From Cyanobacteria bacterium P01_D01_bin.156 (GTDB lineage: Bacteria > Cyanobacteriota > Cyanobacteriia > Phormidesmidales > Phormidesmidaceae), in the NCBI GenBank assembly GCA_039024555.1, contig JBCCQQ010000025.1, positions 1-64,000 of the forward strand: a stretch of 64,000 bases of DNA. The letters are read 5' to 3'. The notes beneath the pieces were generated by a model, which searched no databases, was not told where the DNA came from, and was given only the letters and a program-made list of their open reading frames with translations. Positions 40,520 through 51,563 of this stretch are shown here, one piece after another (position 1 is the first letter of the stretch; each line of letters starts with the position of its first letter). The position numbers were made by a program, and so were the translations under genes.

Positions 40520-40891
40520 TCAGTGAGCAACCTGAACAGAATTCATCGGTACCTGGTGCGGATCAAACGTCTCTGGGAAGAGGGTACTGCCGAGCACGAA
40601 GTCAGCCGCACGTAAATCAGTACCCTGCAAATTTGTCTCGCGTAGATCCGTACCAATCAGCATAGCCCCACGCAGGTCCGCATTTCGCAAATCCACATTG
40701 CTCAGTTTGGCATAGCTCAGATCTGCCCCACGCAGGTTTGCTTGACTCAGATCAACGTTGCTTAGCTCGCCATAGCTCAGATCTGCACCTTTAAGATCCG
40801 CATGACTAAGATTCACATTAGCTAGGGATACACCAGCAAAGTTACGCTGACCGTGCTCATAGTTTTGCAAGAGTGTTGTAGTTTCAGACAT
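40520..40891 (-). CDS. Pentapeptide-repeat protein
   Basis: Y..G.RNF followed by A(D/N)Lxx repeats. Confidence 0.9.
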   Translation of the reverse strand: MSETTTLLQNYEHGQRNFAGVSLANVNLSHADLKGADLSYGELSNVDLSQANLRGADLSYAKLSNVDLRNADLRGAMLIGTDLRETNLQGTDLRAADFVLGSTLFPETFDPHQVPMNSVQVAH

Positions 40892-40894
40892 AAT

Positions 40895-41554
40895 CTATTC
40901 AGCAACAAGGGCTGGAGCATGAGGACTTTGGAAGGTGTGTTGCGCGTCGGGTTGCTGACAAGCCGCCATCGTTTTCACATGCTCCATCTCATCATCACGG
41001 ATGGCTACAAACACATCGTAGAGATTATCCACTTTAGGACGCCGTTCAGCGGGAGCCTGAGCGGTTTGAAACTCATCAAACATGTATAGATCACCATCTC
41101 TGTAATAGCTGATGGCTACCTGAGGAGCCGGTTGTGACTTGAGATCAGTTTCATCTGACTGGAGAAACTTGTCATAGCTAGCATAGGCATGCTCTTCAAC
41201 CATCTCCATAAAGTGGTAGGCGGCCCCTGGATTAACCACGTAGATGCCCACAATAATCCAGTAATAAAGCAGCGCCACATGGCGGGCCAAGAAGCGATCA
41301 ATCCAATGCTGACTGCCCCCTAGTTCTTCCATAATCAACAGGTGATGTAGCTCATTCCAGGATTCGGCAAAATGAACCTTCAGCCAATCCACCTTACGCC
41401 ACCAGCCTAAGGTCTCATATAAGTGCAAAACCGATAGATAAGAGAAATAGGGAACTCGGGCGACGGTTTCTAAGACATAAAACCGGGGATAGGGACGGTT
41501 TTTATAAACCGTATTAATAACAAAAACGAGAATCCCTACTAAAGCTTTGATCAT
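40895..41554 (-). CDS. ptox: Plastoquinol terminal oxidase (PTOX, alternative oxidase family)
   Basis: RFYVLETVARVPYF, ESWNELHHLLIME, EEHAY, IRDDEMEH di-iron ligands. Confidence 0.93.
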   Translation of the reverse strand: MIKALVGILVFVINTVYKNRPYPRFYVLETVARVPYFSYLSVLHLYETLGWWRKVDWLKVHFAESWNELHHLLIMEELGGSQHWIDRFLARHVALLYYWIIVGIYVVNPGAAYHFMEMVEEHAYASYDKFLQSDETDLKSQPAPQVAISYYRDGDLYMFDEFQTAQAPAERRPKVDNLYDVFVAIRDDEMEHVKTMAACQQPDAQHTFQSPHAPALVAE

Positions 41555-41790
41555 GGATTTTCTCCAAGAGGTGAAAGAGAAAGAAACGTTGCGCTTGACT
41601 GACCATGAGTGTTGCGATGATCAGTCTAAACATATGGCTTATATCTCCATCAATCTAACGATTTCTCTGACAGATAGAGTAGGTTCTTGACATCTAGTAA
41701 TAGACAACAATTCTGTTGTTAAAAAGAGAAGATTAATTTGGTATCAAACTAGTAACTTTTTCTGCGTCAAGAGAATTTATTTGGTTGTCC

Positions 41791-42060
41791 ATGCTACGAA
41801 TTCTTGACGAATTCATAGTCGTCTCGCAGTCCGAATCACACAGAGGTTCTAGCATTTGCTTTCCAGCACGACCACGGAAAACCCATAAGGCCGAACGCTA
41901 TATCTTTGATATACACTCCATACGTCATATGGAAGAACCATTTCAGCTCCATGGTTTCATCTGGAAGATGAAGCATATTGCTATCCAGTCTTCTGAACAC
42001 GACAGGGGCCGTTTTTGGAGCCCCCCATGCGTCATAGAACTCACAATTCGTTGCAGTTAA
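41791..42060 (+). CDS. Hypothetical protein
   Basis: 89-aa ATG ORF filling the PTOX-acs gap; no family recognised. Confidence 0.4.
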   Translation: MLRILDEFIVVSQSESHRGSSICFPARPRKTHKAERYIFDIHSIRHMEEPFQLHGFIWKMKHIAIQSSEHDRGRFWSPPCVIELTIRCS

Positions 42061-42200
42061 TTTACGTTTTCCAACCAAAATGACTTCTGGACACCGTTCC
42101 ATCGAAAAATATTGAAAAACCTAGAGGGTTTCAGCCGAGCTATAGCTGTAACCTATAGCCTGCAGAAACCTTTACCCAAAGAAACGCTAGAAGACGACCT

Positions 42201-44186
42201 ATGGCACAATCCCCTACCTCACAGCCTGCAATCGAGTCGATTTTGCAAGAGCAGCGACTGTTTGAGCCCCCCGCTGAGTTTGCAGCTGCAGCGACGGTGT
42301 CTGGAGCCGATCAGTACCAGACCCTCTATGACAAAGCGGCTGCCGACCCAGCTGCATTTTGGGCTGAGCTGGCTGAGCAGGAACTGCACTGGTTCAAAAA
42401 ATGGGATACAGTCCTGGACTGGCAGCCTCCTTTTGCCAAGTGGTTCGTCGGTGGGCAGATCAATATTTCCTATAACTGTTTAGATCGTCACCTAGATACT
42501 CCCCGGCGTGATAAGCCAGCTTTAGTTTGGGAAGGTGAACCTGGTGATGCTCGCACCTTAACCTATGCCGAACTACACGCTGAAGTGTGTCAGATGGCAA
42601 ATGTTCTTAAGGATATGGGTGTGACCAAAGGCGATCGCATTGGCATCTATATGCCAATGGTCCCCGAAGCAGCCGTCGCAATGTTAGCCTGTGCCCGCAT
42701 CGGTGCGGCCCACACCGTAGTATTCGGGGGCTTTAGTTCCGAAGCACTACGAGATCGCCTGAATGATGCAGAAGCGAAGGTGGTAATTACGGCTGACGGT
42801 GGATTCCGTAAGGATAAGGCCATGCCCCTAAAGCCTGCAGTGGATGCGGCCCTAGAAGGCAATGCCGTTCCTTCGGTCACCAATGTGCTTGTCATCCAGC
42901 GGACCAAACAAGATGTAGCCTGGACCGAAGGCCGCGACGTATGGTGGCACGATGTCCAACCCGGTGCTTCGACCGACTGTGCTCCAGAGCCCATGGACAG
43001 CGAAGACTTGCTGTTTATTCTCTATACCAGCGGTACCACCGGCAAGCCCAAGGGTGTGGTACACACCACTGGTGGCTACAACCTCTACACCCACATGACC
43101 TTCAAGTGGGCATTTGATATTAAGGAAGACGATGTTTACTGGTGTACCGCCGATGTGGGCTGGATTACGGGCCATAGCTACATTGTCTACGGTCCCCTAT
43201 CCAACGGTGCCACCAGTGTGATGTACGAGGGCGCGCCCCGGAAGTCTAACCCTGGCTGCTTCTGGGATGTAGTCGAAAAATATAAGGTAACTATTTTCTA
43301 CACGGCACCCACCGCTATCCGCGCCTTTATCAAGATGGGGGATCAGCATCCCAACGCACGCGACCTATCGTCTTTAAGAATTCTGGGTACCGTGGGTGAG
43401 CCCATCAATCCTGAGGCGTGGATCTGGTACCACAAAGTCATTGGCGGTGAGAAGTGCCCCATCATCGATACCTGGTGGCAAACAGAAACCGGTGGCTTTA
43501 TGATTACGCCCCTGCCCGGTGCGATCGCAACCAAGCCCGGTTCTGCCACGAAGCCCTTTCCCGGCATCCTAGCGGACATCGTTGATGCCGAAGGTAATCC
43601 CGTTGGAGCCAACGAAGGTGGCTACCTGGTAGTGAAGCATCCCTGGCCTAGCATGATGCGCACTGTCTACGGTGATGATGCCCGCTTCCGCCGTACCTAC
43701 TGGGAACACATTCCGCCGAAGGATGGTAAGTATGTGTACTTTGCTGGGGACGGTGCCCGTAAGGATGAAGATGGTTACTTCTGGATCATGGGCCGCACTG
43801 ATGATGTCCTAAACGTATCCGGTCACCGTCTTGGCACCATGGAAATCGAGTCGGCACTGGTGTCGCACCCGGCTGTGGCAGAAGCGGCTGTTGTAGGTCG
43901 TAAGGATGATCTCAAGGGTGAAGATGTCTTTGCCTTTGTGATTCTAGAAGGGACCCATACCGCTAGCGATGAGCTCAAGGCTGAGCTAAAACAGCATGTG
44001 GTAAAAGAAATTGGTGCGATCGCACGACCTGGAGAAATCCAGTTTGCCGATGGACTGCCTAAAACACGATCCGGAAAAATTATCCGTCGTTTTCTACGCA
44101 ACCTGGCCAGTGGCGAAGAACTCGTGGGGGATGCTACCACCATGGAAGATCAAAGTGTTCTTGAGAAACTACGCAGTGATTCTTAG
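42201..44186 (+). CDS. acs: Acetyl-CoA synthetase
   Basis: [46 protein letters not shown]. Confidence 0.97.
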   Translation: MAQSPTSQPAIESILQEQRLFEPPAEFAAAATVSGADQYQTLYDKAAADPAAFWAELAEQELHWFKKWDTVLDWQPPFAKWFVGGQINISYNCLDRHLDTPRRDKPALVWEGEPGDARTLTYAELHAEVCQMANVLKDMGVTKGDRIGIYMPMVPEAAVAMLACARIGAAHTVVFGGFSSEALRDRLNDAEAKVVITADGGFRKDKAMPLKPAVDAALEGNAVPSVTNVLVIQRTKQDVAWTEGRDVWWHDVQPGASTDCAPEPMDSEDLLFILYTSGTTGKPKGVVHTTGGYNLYTHMTFKWAFDIKEDDVYWCTADVGWITGHSYIVYGPLSNGATSVMYEGAPRKSNPGCFWDVVEKYKVTIFYTAPTAIRAFIKMGDQHPNARDLSSLRILGTVGEPINPEAWIWYHKVIGGEKCPIIDTWWQTETGGFMITPLPGAIATKPGSATKPFPGILADIVDAEGNPVGANEGGYLVVKHPWPSMMRTVYGDDARFRRTYWEHIPPKDGKYVYFAGDGARKDEDGYFWIMGRTDDVLNVSGHRLGTMEIESALVSHPAVAEAAVVGRKDDLKGEDVFAFVILEGTHTASDELKAELKQHVVKEIGAIARPGEIQFADGLPKTRSGKIIRRFLRNLASGEELVGDATTMEDQSVLEKLRSDS

Positions 44187-44227
44187 ATAAGAAGACTATT
44201 GTCTGATGACAAGGTACTGAAAAGTCT

Positions 44228-44277
44228 CAACATTGAAAGAGCCTTGACTGCTAGCAGTCAAGGCTCTTTCAATGTTG
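44228..44277. repeat. Perfect 50-bp palindrome with no spacer, downstream of acs
   Basis: CAACATTGAAAGAGCCTTGACTGCT|AGCAGTCAAGGCTCTTTCAATGTTG. Confidence 0.9.
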
Positions 44278-44369
44278 TTTTGATGATTCTTCCTTCGGCC
44301 AACTCAACGGTCAAACTCCATGTGGCCTAGGGCAAGCGCAAACTTTCAAAATACTACTGCTACCGCAAA

Positions 44370-44597
44370 CTACTCTTCTTCGTAGATATTCATTAACCTC
44401 GGGTCAAAATCACTACTATCCACAGCTTCTGAAGGCCCTCCAAAGCTATCGATATCTTGAGTCCAAGCTTCGAACTGGGCAGCTTTACTCAGGGCAATAT
44501 GATAAGGAAGCTGACGAAATGTTTGTAACTTTCCAGTGTCTTTCTGGGACTTAGGATGTGAATTTGAAGCAGAAGGTGACGGTTTTAGTGGACGCAT
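44370..44597 (-). CDS. Small hypothetical protein
   Basis: 75-aa ATG ORF with acidic C-terminus; no family recognised. Confidence 0.4.
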   Translation of the reverse strand: MRPLKPSPSASNSHPKSQKDTGKLQTFRQLPYHIALSKAAQFEAWTQDIDSFGGPSEAVDSSDFDPRLMNIYEEE

Positions 44598-44843
44598 AAA
44601 TTTGATTTTAAGGAGAACAATTTATTGTTGCCAGTCCTTATAAATTGGCAACGAGCTTATTTTAGAGCGATCAAACTAAAATGAGATGTGAGGTATATCA
44701 CCCCAAATTAGGAAACACAAGCCTTAAACAGAGTTTGGTAGCAGTTAAGCAACGACTTCACGGTTTAAACCTAAAAAGCTTGTTAAGCCATGATTTAGAG
44801 GCACAAGGTCATGATGCTGCCGTTGCTGATTTTTAACCAGTCC

Positions 44844-45902
44844 TTAACTATAACGATGCTTGTAATCGATATTCAACAGGAGATCTTCGTAATCCAAGGC
44901 AAGAAACCGATCGAGGGGCATATAAAGCCAACGTAGAGAAGAATTGGGATCAGATTTAGTAGCACGAAACCCTAAGTTAAGAGCCAAGTTCTCCGATCGA
45001 GGATGAATCGCAATGGTGTAGATGTCGCTTAAATTAGGAAAATCATCACGCATCTTCTTCAACGTCCGATGAGAGTCCCTAATCAGCTCACAGGCTGTCT
45101 CATAATTCCAAAGGTTTAACTGAATTTGCCAACTGCGCACAAATACCGCGTAGCAATCGGGATCACCTGTATTCGCAACTTTAATAGGATCTTCTTGATT
45201 GATATTTAAACGACTGAGATGGACACTTAAACTTGGCGGCAGATCAAACTGTTCCTCAGAGTCAGGATGAGCTGGTAAAAAAGCTGCAAATCCAACAGGT
45301 TCTTGCGTTGAGCCACGTCTTAATACTCTTAACCCATCGGGGTACTCCCTAGCCCAGTGGCGCAAACCTTTTTTAATGTTGTAGAGCATCGATTCAGGGC
45401 GCTCGGGATCATAACTGTAGAGCTCTTCTAAAAAACTAGCCACCAGCGTGGCATCATTACGAGGATCAAAAACATCAGTAAAAAAAGTATCTTCCTCATT
45501 GGGCTGCGGTAACTCAAAACTTTGAGGAATGTTCAAACTCAGTCGAGTGGCAATGCCATCTGCTTCAATGCGTCGCAGCAGTTTCTTCTCCGCTAGCTTA
45601 TCGACCATCTGGCCCGCTGCTCTCGGCGTACCTGAATTTTCGGTATAAAACAGATCAGCCGCATCACTGTGGGAACAGTAAAAACTGCTCACTTGCCGAT
45701 CTAGGCGGGTAATGGGGGCCGCTTCCGCGCCATGATACATGATATAGCCGTAGCCCCACAGTCGTACAAAATAGAGCGCTTGTCGCCGAGTGACCTTCAA
45801 CCCTTGCTGATGAACGATATGTTCAATGTATTGATTTTGTAGGTCTTGAGGGAACCATTCTTCAACGTTGCAAGGCGATATCTGTCTATCCATCGGCGGC
45901 AC
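44844..45902 (-). CDS. Hypothetical protein: predicted winged-HTH N-terminus plus GNAT-like C-terminus
   Basis: TRRQALYFVRLW, CSH.DAA.LFY, RAAG.MVDKL...LL (HTH-like); LRVLR...PVGF...L...LGF (GNAT-like fold, inferred). Confidence 0.7.
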   Translation of the reverse strand: MPPMDRQISPCNVEEWFPQDLQNQYIEHIVHQQGLKVTRRQALYFVRLWGYGYIMYHGAEAAPITRLDRQVSSFYCSHSDAADLFYTENSGTPRAAGQMVDKLAEKKLLRRIEADGIATRLSLNIPQSFELPQPNEEDTFFTDVFDPRNDATLVASFLEELYSYDPERPESMLYNIKKGLRHWAREYPDGLRVLRRGSTQEPVGFAAFLPAHPDSEEQFDLPPSLSVHLSRLNINQEDPIKVANTGDPDCYAVFVRSWQIQLNLWNYETACELIRDSHRTLKKMRDDFPNLSDIYTIAIHPRSENLALNLGFRATKSDPNSSLRWLYMPLDRFLALDYEDLLLNIDYKHRYS

Positions 45903-46142
45903 ACTCTCAGAAGCAAAGAAGCATGTTTACTTCACCCTTACTTCATGCTACCTCATACTCCTTTTGGGTACCACCGATCACTTGCAGTCCCACCATAGTC
46001 TTGACCTTGACTACTGCATGCTCGTAGAAGCTGTTCAGCCAAATTGCTTAGGTTAGGAACTGTGATGAGTTGCATCAATCAATCTTGAATTCTGCCCCTA
46101 GTAATTCAGTGTTGTATTGCCGCTTATTCCTTCTACCGTTTT

Positions 46143-46832
46143 TTGGATAGGACTATGGTACTCAGTACTTGCGATCGCACGTTCCATGAGAATGAACTAC
46201 TCTGTGATTCCCACATGGCCCAAGCCGTTAAGAATTTTGCCCCCACAGCAGACGATTTAGAATTAATTTTTGAAAGACTCCTTGGACAGTTTTTCCCATT
46301 TCGAGGCTTTATGGTATCCGATGTCAACGGGCATCTACTTCGCAGTACCACTAAAGCGAATGAGTTCTCTCTCTTCTTACACAAGGCATCCTTAGGGAAT
46401 GCGTTTGGGTCACTCAATCCACAGGTTATTGAAGAAATTCCTGAAACTGTAGAAACCCTCTGCAATCTCCTGAGAGAAAGTTGTAAAGATTACCCTGAAT
46501 ACAGCCTGCAATTATACGATACAGCATTCTTACCAGGAGGCATTCGTCTATACCTGAACGCGGAGTGGATTGACTTAATAGATCAACCCGAAAAATGCAT
46601 TCTAGTGACCATTGAGGATTTAACCCAAGTCTCTCACCATCGAGCCATGTCCGATGCCTATCGCTACGGTCTCACCCCTAGAGAAACTGCTGTTTGGCAA
46701 CTCTATCTACAGGGACTATCCTACAGACAGGTCAGTGCAGAGCTATTCATCAGCTTTAACACAGTTAAAAAACATATCAAAAACATTTTTTCGAAGTGCA
46801 ATATTGCTTGTCGCTGCCGACATTTAGCCTAG
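46143..46832 (+). CDS. LuxR-type HTH transcriptional regulator with PAS-like N-terminus
   Basis: C-terminal YGLTPRETAVW.L...GLSYRQVSAELFISFNTVKKHIKNIFSK; no receiver domain. Confidence 0.87.
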   Translation: MDRTMVLSTCDRTFHENELLCDSHMAQAVKNFAPTADDLELIFERLLGQFFPFRGFMVSDVNGHLLRSTTKANEFSLFLHKASLGNAFGSLNPQVIEEIPETVETLCNLLRESCKDYPEYSLQLYDTAFLPGGIRLYLNAEWIDLIDQPEKCILVTIEDLTQVSHHRAMSDAYRYGLTPRETAVWQLYLQGLSYRQVSAELFISFNTVKKHIKNIFSKCNIACRCRHLA

Positions 46833-47517
46833 GTCCGGCAAATCATGCCAGCCATATGTCTAACCCCTCATACCAATCCAATAGCTTGATACATCGTCAT
46901 TATGAGGGGTTAACCAACCAAATCATTACTGGTTTATCGTGAGGCAAAACACATTGGACTTAAGATGAAGATCACAAGCATTAGCCCGTAACGTTTTAAG
47001 GTGAAGATGATTCCCTACATGAGAATCAACAAACCATATCCAAAAAGACTTTTTGGACATGGTCTCCGCACGCAGTTTTATGCTTACACCTAACTCCATG
47101 GCTGATCACTTTAACCACCATCCTCCAAATGTTATGGAAGTCCAATCTTCCATGTGCCATATTTTCCAACCTCAAAAACCCTTACCTATCGCCCGCTGGA
47201 TTCTAGAAGAAGGCCAACTACTGGGCGTACTGATTGCCAAATCTCCTGCTCCCAGTTAAACCAATGGGCACCCATAATTCACAACATTAGCGATCGCTGC
47301 AAGCCTGAAATAACAGCTATGTACGTGGCAAACGCCTGCAGACATACAGCTGTTACCTCTACGTCGTTCAGAATTGGCATAATCTCAGCTGCCGGCAACA
47401 ACCAATAACAAAAATGCTCTACAGCCGTTTGCCGTAGAGCATGAATATACAAACCTTGAGAAGATCTATTAAGAAAGTCTCATCAGAACGTTCTAACAAC
47501 GTGCTGATGAGACAGCT

Positions 47518-47850
47518 CTAGTGAGAACAGGTTCCGCCAATGACTCCTCCTTCATCGTCATGCTCAGTTGCTTCAAACTCACCATCAGCAGCAATACAGT
47601 CTGAGATGGCATTATTACAATCAACATATCCTTGGCAGGTATATTCAGAACTGTCAGGATTAGCTTGTAGCACAGCGCGGCCTGTAGGGACAGTGGATTG
47701 ATCTGGCACTTGCATCTGTTGTTGTTCTGTTGTTCGGCGAGGCATGCGTTGTTGTGCAGACACATGCTGTGGAATCACCGCCAAAAGAGGTAGGATACTA
47801 GCTAACGTAGTAACAGCAATCGTTTTGGAATAAGCGTTAGAGAACATCAT
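47518..47850 (-). CDS. Small secreted protein with four Cys
   Basis: Signal peptide ending VSA-Q, Gln-rich linker, then YTCQGYVDCNNAISDC...GGTCSH. Confidence 0.6.
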   Translation of the reverse strand: MMFSNAYSKTIAVTTLASILPLLAVIPQHVSAQQRMPRRTTEQQQMQVPDQSTVPTGRAVLQANPDSSEYTCQGYVDCNNAISDCIAADGEFEATEHDDEGGVIGGTCSH

Positions 47851-48181
47851 GGTAAGTTTTATGGGAGACAACTGAATTATTTCTGCCTCTCACTCACGAA
47901 ACCAAACAGCATTTTACGCAAAAAATTGAATTTTCTAGATCACCTGAGAAGCATCTTCCGTAGGTGATATGGGATATGGCTGTTATACATCACCACTATT
48001 CTGAGCAACGACCCATCTTGTGACCTATGGCGAAGATACATCAAGGCAATCTTGCGACTCTTCAGAAATTACGCCGTTGTTGATTTAGAGGATGAAGCCA
48101 GCTGTACACTCGTCCGGAGTTCTGGATTTGGCAGATAAAATCATTCCGAGGATCAGCAACGCCGAAATTACCGGACTCTGG

Positions 48182-49267
48182 CTAACCCATCATTTTTTGA
48201 AGCAACGCTGCCAATTGTTTCGCACTATCGCTCACCGCTAAACTCTGAGTAGCGATTCGCATACAAGCTAACTCTTCAGGTGTATCCATCAGAGTCAACA
48301 CACGATTTTGTAAGGTTTCTCCATTTAAGTCAGCCTGCCGATAGACTTTGCTTGCCCCAACAGTGCCAAAAGCGCTAGCGTTATACGCCTGGTGATCGTC
48401 AGCCGCAAACGGATAGGGAATCAAAATGGATGGAGCACCAGTCATCGCTAACTCTGTCAAAGTCCCAGCCCCAGCCCGACTGATAACCAGAGTGGCCTGT
48501 TGAAACATGGCCGCTACGTTATCAAAAAATGGCCGATGGATATAGTGGGGATGGGTCAGACTATCCATGTGAGGATCATTATTACCAGTTTGATGAATAA
48601 TCCATGCACCGGCATCCAACCAAGCGGGTGCCGCTGCCCGCACTAACTCATTTACCGAGACTGCACCTTGACTCCCACCAACCACAACAATAAGAGGTAC
48701 ACCCTCGGGAATCACCGGATCCGCAAGGCGATTCTGACTCTCTGAAAGAAACTGAGATCGCACAGGTGTACCCACCCACAGAGTTTTTGTCTGCTTCGGT
48801 AAGTACTGCTGGGTTTCCCTAAAGCCAATGGCCACGAGCGAACACCATCGACTCAGCCAACGAGTCACTTTACCTGGCATCGCATTGGATTCGTGAAGTA
48901 CCGCTGGTAAGCCCAGACTACGCGCCGCAATAATAGCCGGAGCCGCAATATACCCGCCCGTCGTAAAAACACCACAGAAGCCCCCCTGCTGAAGCAAGCG
49001 ACGGGTAGCCAATGTAGCTTGAATAAACTGGGTCAAAATTTTCAGGGTTCCTAGGCCCAGTTTGCCCTGAACGCCCCCCATGCGAACCGTATGGAGGGGA
49101 TATTGGTCAGGCACAAGCTCTGTCTCCAAGCGATCCGGCACACCCAACCACTCAATCGCATTGTGGAGATGTTCAGCAGTTGCGATCGCAGGAAAAAGAT
49201 GACCACCTGTTCCACTGGCTGCAATTAAAAGCCGATTACCTTCACGATTTTTGTGTCTTTCGTCCAT
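48182..49267 (-). CDS. murG: MurG N-acetylglucosaminyltransferase
   Basis: SGTGGHLFPA, GGYI, HESNAMPG, GTPVR, GGSQGA, SRAGAGT, DHQ..NA. Confidence 0.96.
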   Translation of the reverse strand: MDERHKNREGNRLLIAASGTGGHLFPAIATAEHLHNAIEWLGVPDRLETELVPDQYPLHTVRMGGVQGKLGLGTLKILTQFIQATLATRRLLQQGGFCGVFTTGGYIAAPAIIAARSLGLPAVLHESNAMPGKVTRWLSRWCSLVAIGFRETQQYLPKQTKTLWVGTPVRSQFLSESQNRLADPVIPEGVPLIVVVGGSQGAVSVNELVRAAAPAWLDAGAWIIHQTGNNDPHMDSLTHPHYIHRPFFDNVAAMFQQATLVISRAGAGTLTELAMTGAPSILIPYPFAADDHQAYNASAFGTVGASKVYRQADLNGETLQNRVLTLMDTPEELACMRIATQSLAVSDSAKQLAALLQKMMG

Positions 49268-49541
49268 AATGTGAAAGGCCTTGCCTGTCCGTCTATCAAT
49301 GCCTTTTTTGGCAAAATCAGAGGGTCCTTTAAGGGCGTTTTAATCTAGTTAGGTTGAGATGGTATGCAAGCAAAATTCGGAGATGAATTCGCCAAAAAGT
49401 ATTATCCGCTGAATCGGTACCGCCGTCACAGCATTTTTAGCGTCATTAAGTATATTGAATTGGCTCTAAGAATAGTATCTTTTAGCCAATTTACACAGGG
49501 TTCTAGCCCATCCTACAAAAACTATTATCGAGGACTTATCC

Positions 49542-50309
49542 ATGATGCATTCCTGCCGCTGGTCACTACTCTCAATCGGTGTGCTAGGAATGGGCATTTA
49601 CAGTTTGCCTGCTCAAGCTGCTCCCCCCGAAACGGCCCCTCTATTTCTCGTCAATGCCCTAGAGCAAATTGAAACGGCTTCTAACACTCAAGACATTGAA
49701 GCGGTGATGGCCCTTTATGCCGATGACTTTACCAACAACGATGGATTTAACTATGCCACTCTAGAAGCAACACTGCCTCAACTATGGGAGCGGTACGACA
49801 CTCTCAATTACCGCGTAGAGCTGCAGTCCTGGGAAGAAACCAGTAACGGCAACATAGTGGCTGAAACAGTCACGTATATTGAAGGTGTACAAACCACCCC
49901 CCGCCGTCTCAATCTAGAATCCGTAATCCGCTCCCGGCAAGAATTTCAAGATAATCAAATTACCTCTCAAGAAATCCTCTCTGAACGCAATCAGTTAAAT
50001 TCCGCTAACCCTTCTCAGGAAATAGTAGTGATTTTGCCAGAGCAGGTAGCGCCAGAAGCAAGCTATAGCTTTGACGCCATTGTTCAAGAACCCCTAGGTG
50101 AACGATATTTACTAGGAGCAGCTCTAGAGGAAGGGACTACGGCAGAAGACTTTTTTACCCCTCGCCCTTTAGATCTTGAACTGCTAGCAGCAGGTGGACT
50201 CTTTAAGTTAGGCGATGCTCCCGAGAGCGAAGATAATTTATGGGTATCGGGCCTACTGGTTCGGGAGGACAGCCTAATGGTGATTACCCGACGTTTGCGG
50301 GTCGAGTAA
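49542..50309 (+). CDS. Secreted NTF2-like conserved cyanobacterial protein
   Basis: Signal peptide; VMALY.DDF.N.DG, W..Y..L.Y..EL.SWE, GGLFK.G.AP. Confidence 0.78.
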   Translation: MMHSCRWSLLSIGVLGMGIYSLPAQAAPPETAPLFLVNALEQIETASNTQDIEAVMALYADDFTNNDGFNYATLEATLPQLWERYDTLNYRVELQSWEETSNGNIVAETVTYIEGVQTTPRRLNLESVIRSRQEFQDNQITSQEILSERNQLNSANPSQEIVVILPEQVAPEASYSFDAIVQEPLGERYLLGAALEEGTTAEDFFTPRPLDLELLAAGGLFKLGDAPESEDNLWVSGLLVREDSLMVITRRLRVE

Positions 50310-50380
50310 ATTTTTTCAACGCTGCTGAACCTCGAGATGAGCCGAGTTTTAACATTCCTGCTTTGAGGCAGCACATTGTA

Positions 50381-50770
50381 CTAGTTGCGGTGGAGTGGGT
50401 GCAGCCCATCCGGCGCGATCGCTCCCCACAGATTGCTATCCACAAATACAGTGTTAGCAATCGTGGCACCACTTAAATCAGCAGCTCGCAGATCTGCCCG
50501 CTGTAATGTTGCCGTCGTTAGATTAGCTCGGCGTAAATTAGCTCGGTGTAAATGAGCATTGCTCAGATTAGCACTAGTCAAGTTCACATCTCGCAGAATT
50601 GCCCATTCCAAATCAGTACTCACAAGACAAGCGTCCTTGAGGCAACTGTAACTAAGGTCAATTTCTGGCAGCTGTAAATGACTGAGATCGCAACCGCCCA
50701 AGTCTAGACCATGAAAGATTCGTTTTCCCTGCTGATATTGCTGAATTAACCACTGAAGGTTCGATTCCAT
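50381..50770 (-). CDS. Pentapeptide-repeat protein
   Basis: YQQGKRIF then ANL/ADL repeats, ending APDG. Confidence 0.88.
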   Translation of the reverse strand: MESNLQWLIQQYQQGKRIFHGLDLGGCDLSHLQLPEIDLSYSCLKDACLVSTDLEWAILRDVNLTSANLSNAHLHRANLRRANLTTATLQRADLRAADLSGATIANTVFVDSNLWGAIAPDGLHPLHRN

Positions 50771-50852
50771 AATCCTTGCTTAAAAACTAGTAGGCTTACT
50801 TATCTACTAGTGATATCAGGCTCAAAGATGTGACAGGAATCTTGATGCAGCG

Positions 50853-51341
50853 TCAACGTTCACAGTTAATGGGATCAGGGGTACTAATTGGTAGAGGGTA
50901 AGGCAGTTCACCCTTACATTGATAGAACGCTTCCATGGCATATCGAGTAGCTCCACCCATCACCCCATCGATCGTGCCCTGGTAAAAACCGGCTTCCTTT
51001 AAGACCATTTGCAAATTCTTACACTGAGATGTTTGCAGGCGACTATCAAGGTCCTGTAATGCCTGATTCAGCCAGACATCATCCAGGCAAGTCTGGAGCT
51101 TTTGCTGTTGCTCGGTAATTTCTCCATCATCGATAAAGTTTTGTAGATGAGCCACCATGTGATCGGCTTCATCAAGCAAAAAACTAAGCAGAGTGTCCGT
51201 TTCGGCAGCAGCTAAGATAGCATCTAAACGTTCAGCATCCTGCGAGCTGAGCTGAGGCTGCATTGACAGCTGGCAATAGATTAAAATCTCTTCGCGGTAG
51301 GCCTTAGCCTGATGACTTAAATTATTCAGGTAACGAGACAT
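50853..51341 (-). CDS. Hypothetical protein with C-terminal peptidoglycan-binding (PG_binding_1) motif
   Basis: LQ.VLKEAGFYQG.IDGVMG.ATRYA..AF; helical N-terminal domain; no signal peptide. Confidence 0.7.
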   Translation of the reverse strand: MSRYLNNLSHQAKAYREEILIYCQLSMQPQLSSQDAERLDAILAAAETDTLLSFLLDEADHMVAHLQNFIDDGEITEQQQKLQTCLDDVWLNQALQDLDSRLQTSQCKNLQMVLKEAGFYQGTIDGVMGGATRYAMEAFYQCKGELPYPLPISTPDPINCER

Positions 51342-51563
51342 GGGGAGATACCTTGCAGCTATGGTTGTGCTCAGGAATTAGTGGCCCAACAATGATGTCT
51401 GTGACCATCATTTTACTAACCTCGGCCAATAGGCTGACCTTAGTAAATAAAGATAACTAACTTTATTAATCTGACCGTATTACTGAACACTAATAGATTC
51501 AGTGCGGAATGTCACAGGTGCGGACTGAACTTCACTATTAAGAGAATCACTCGGCTCATTAGG

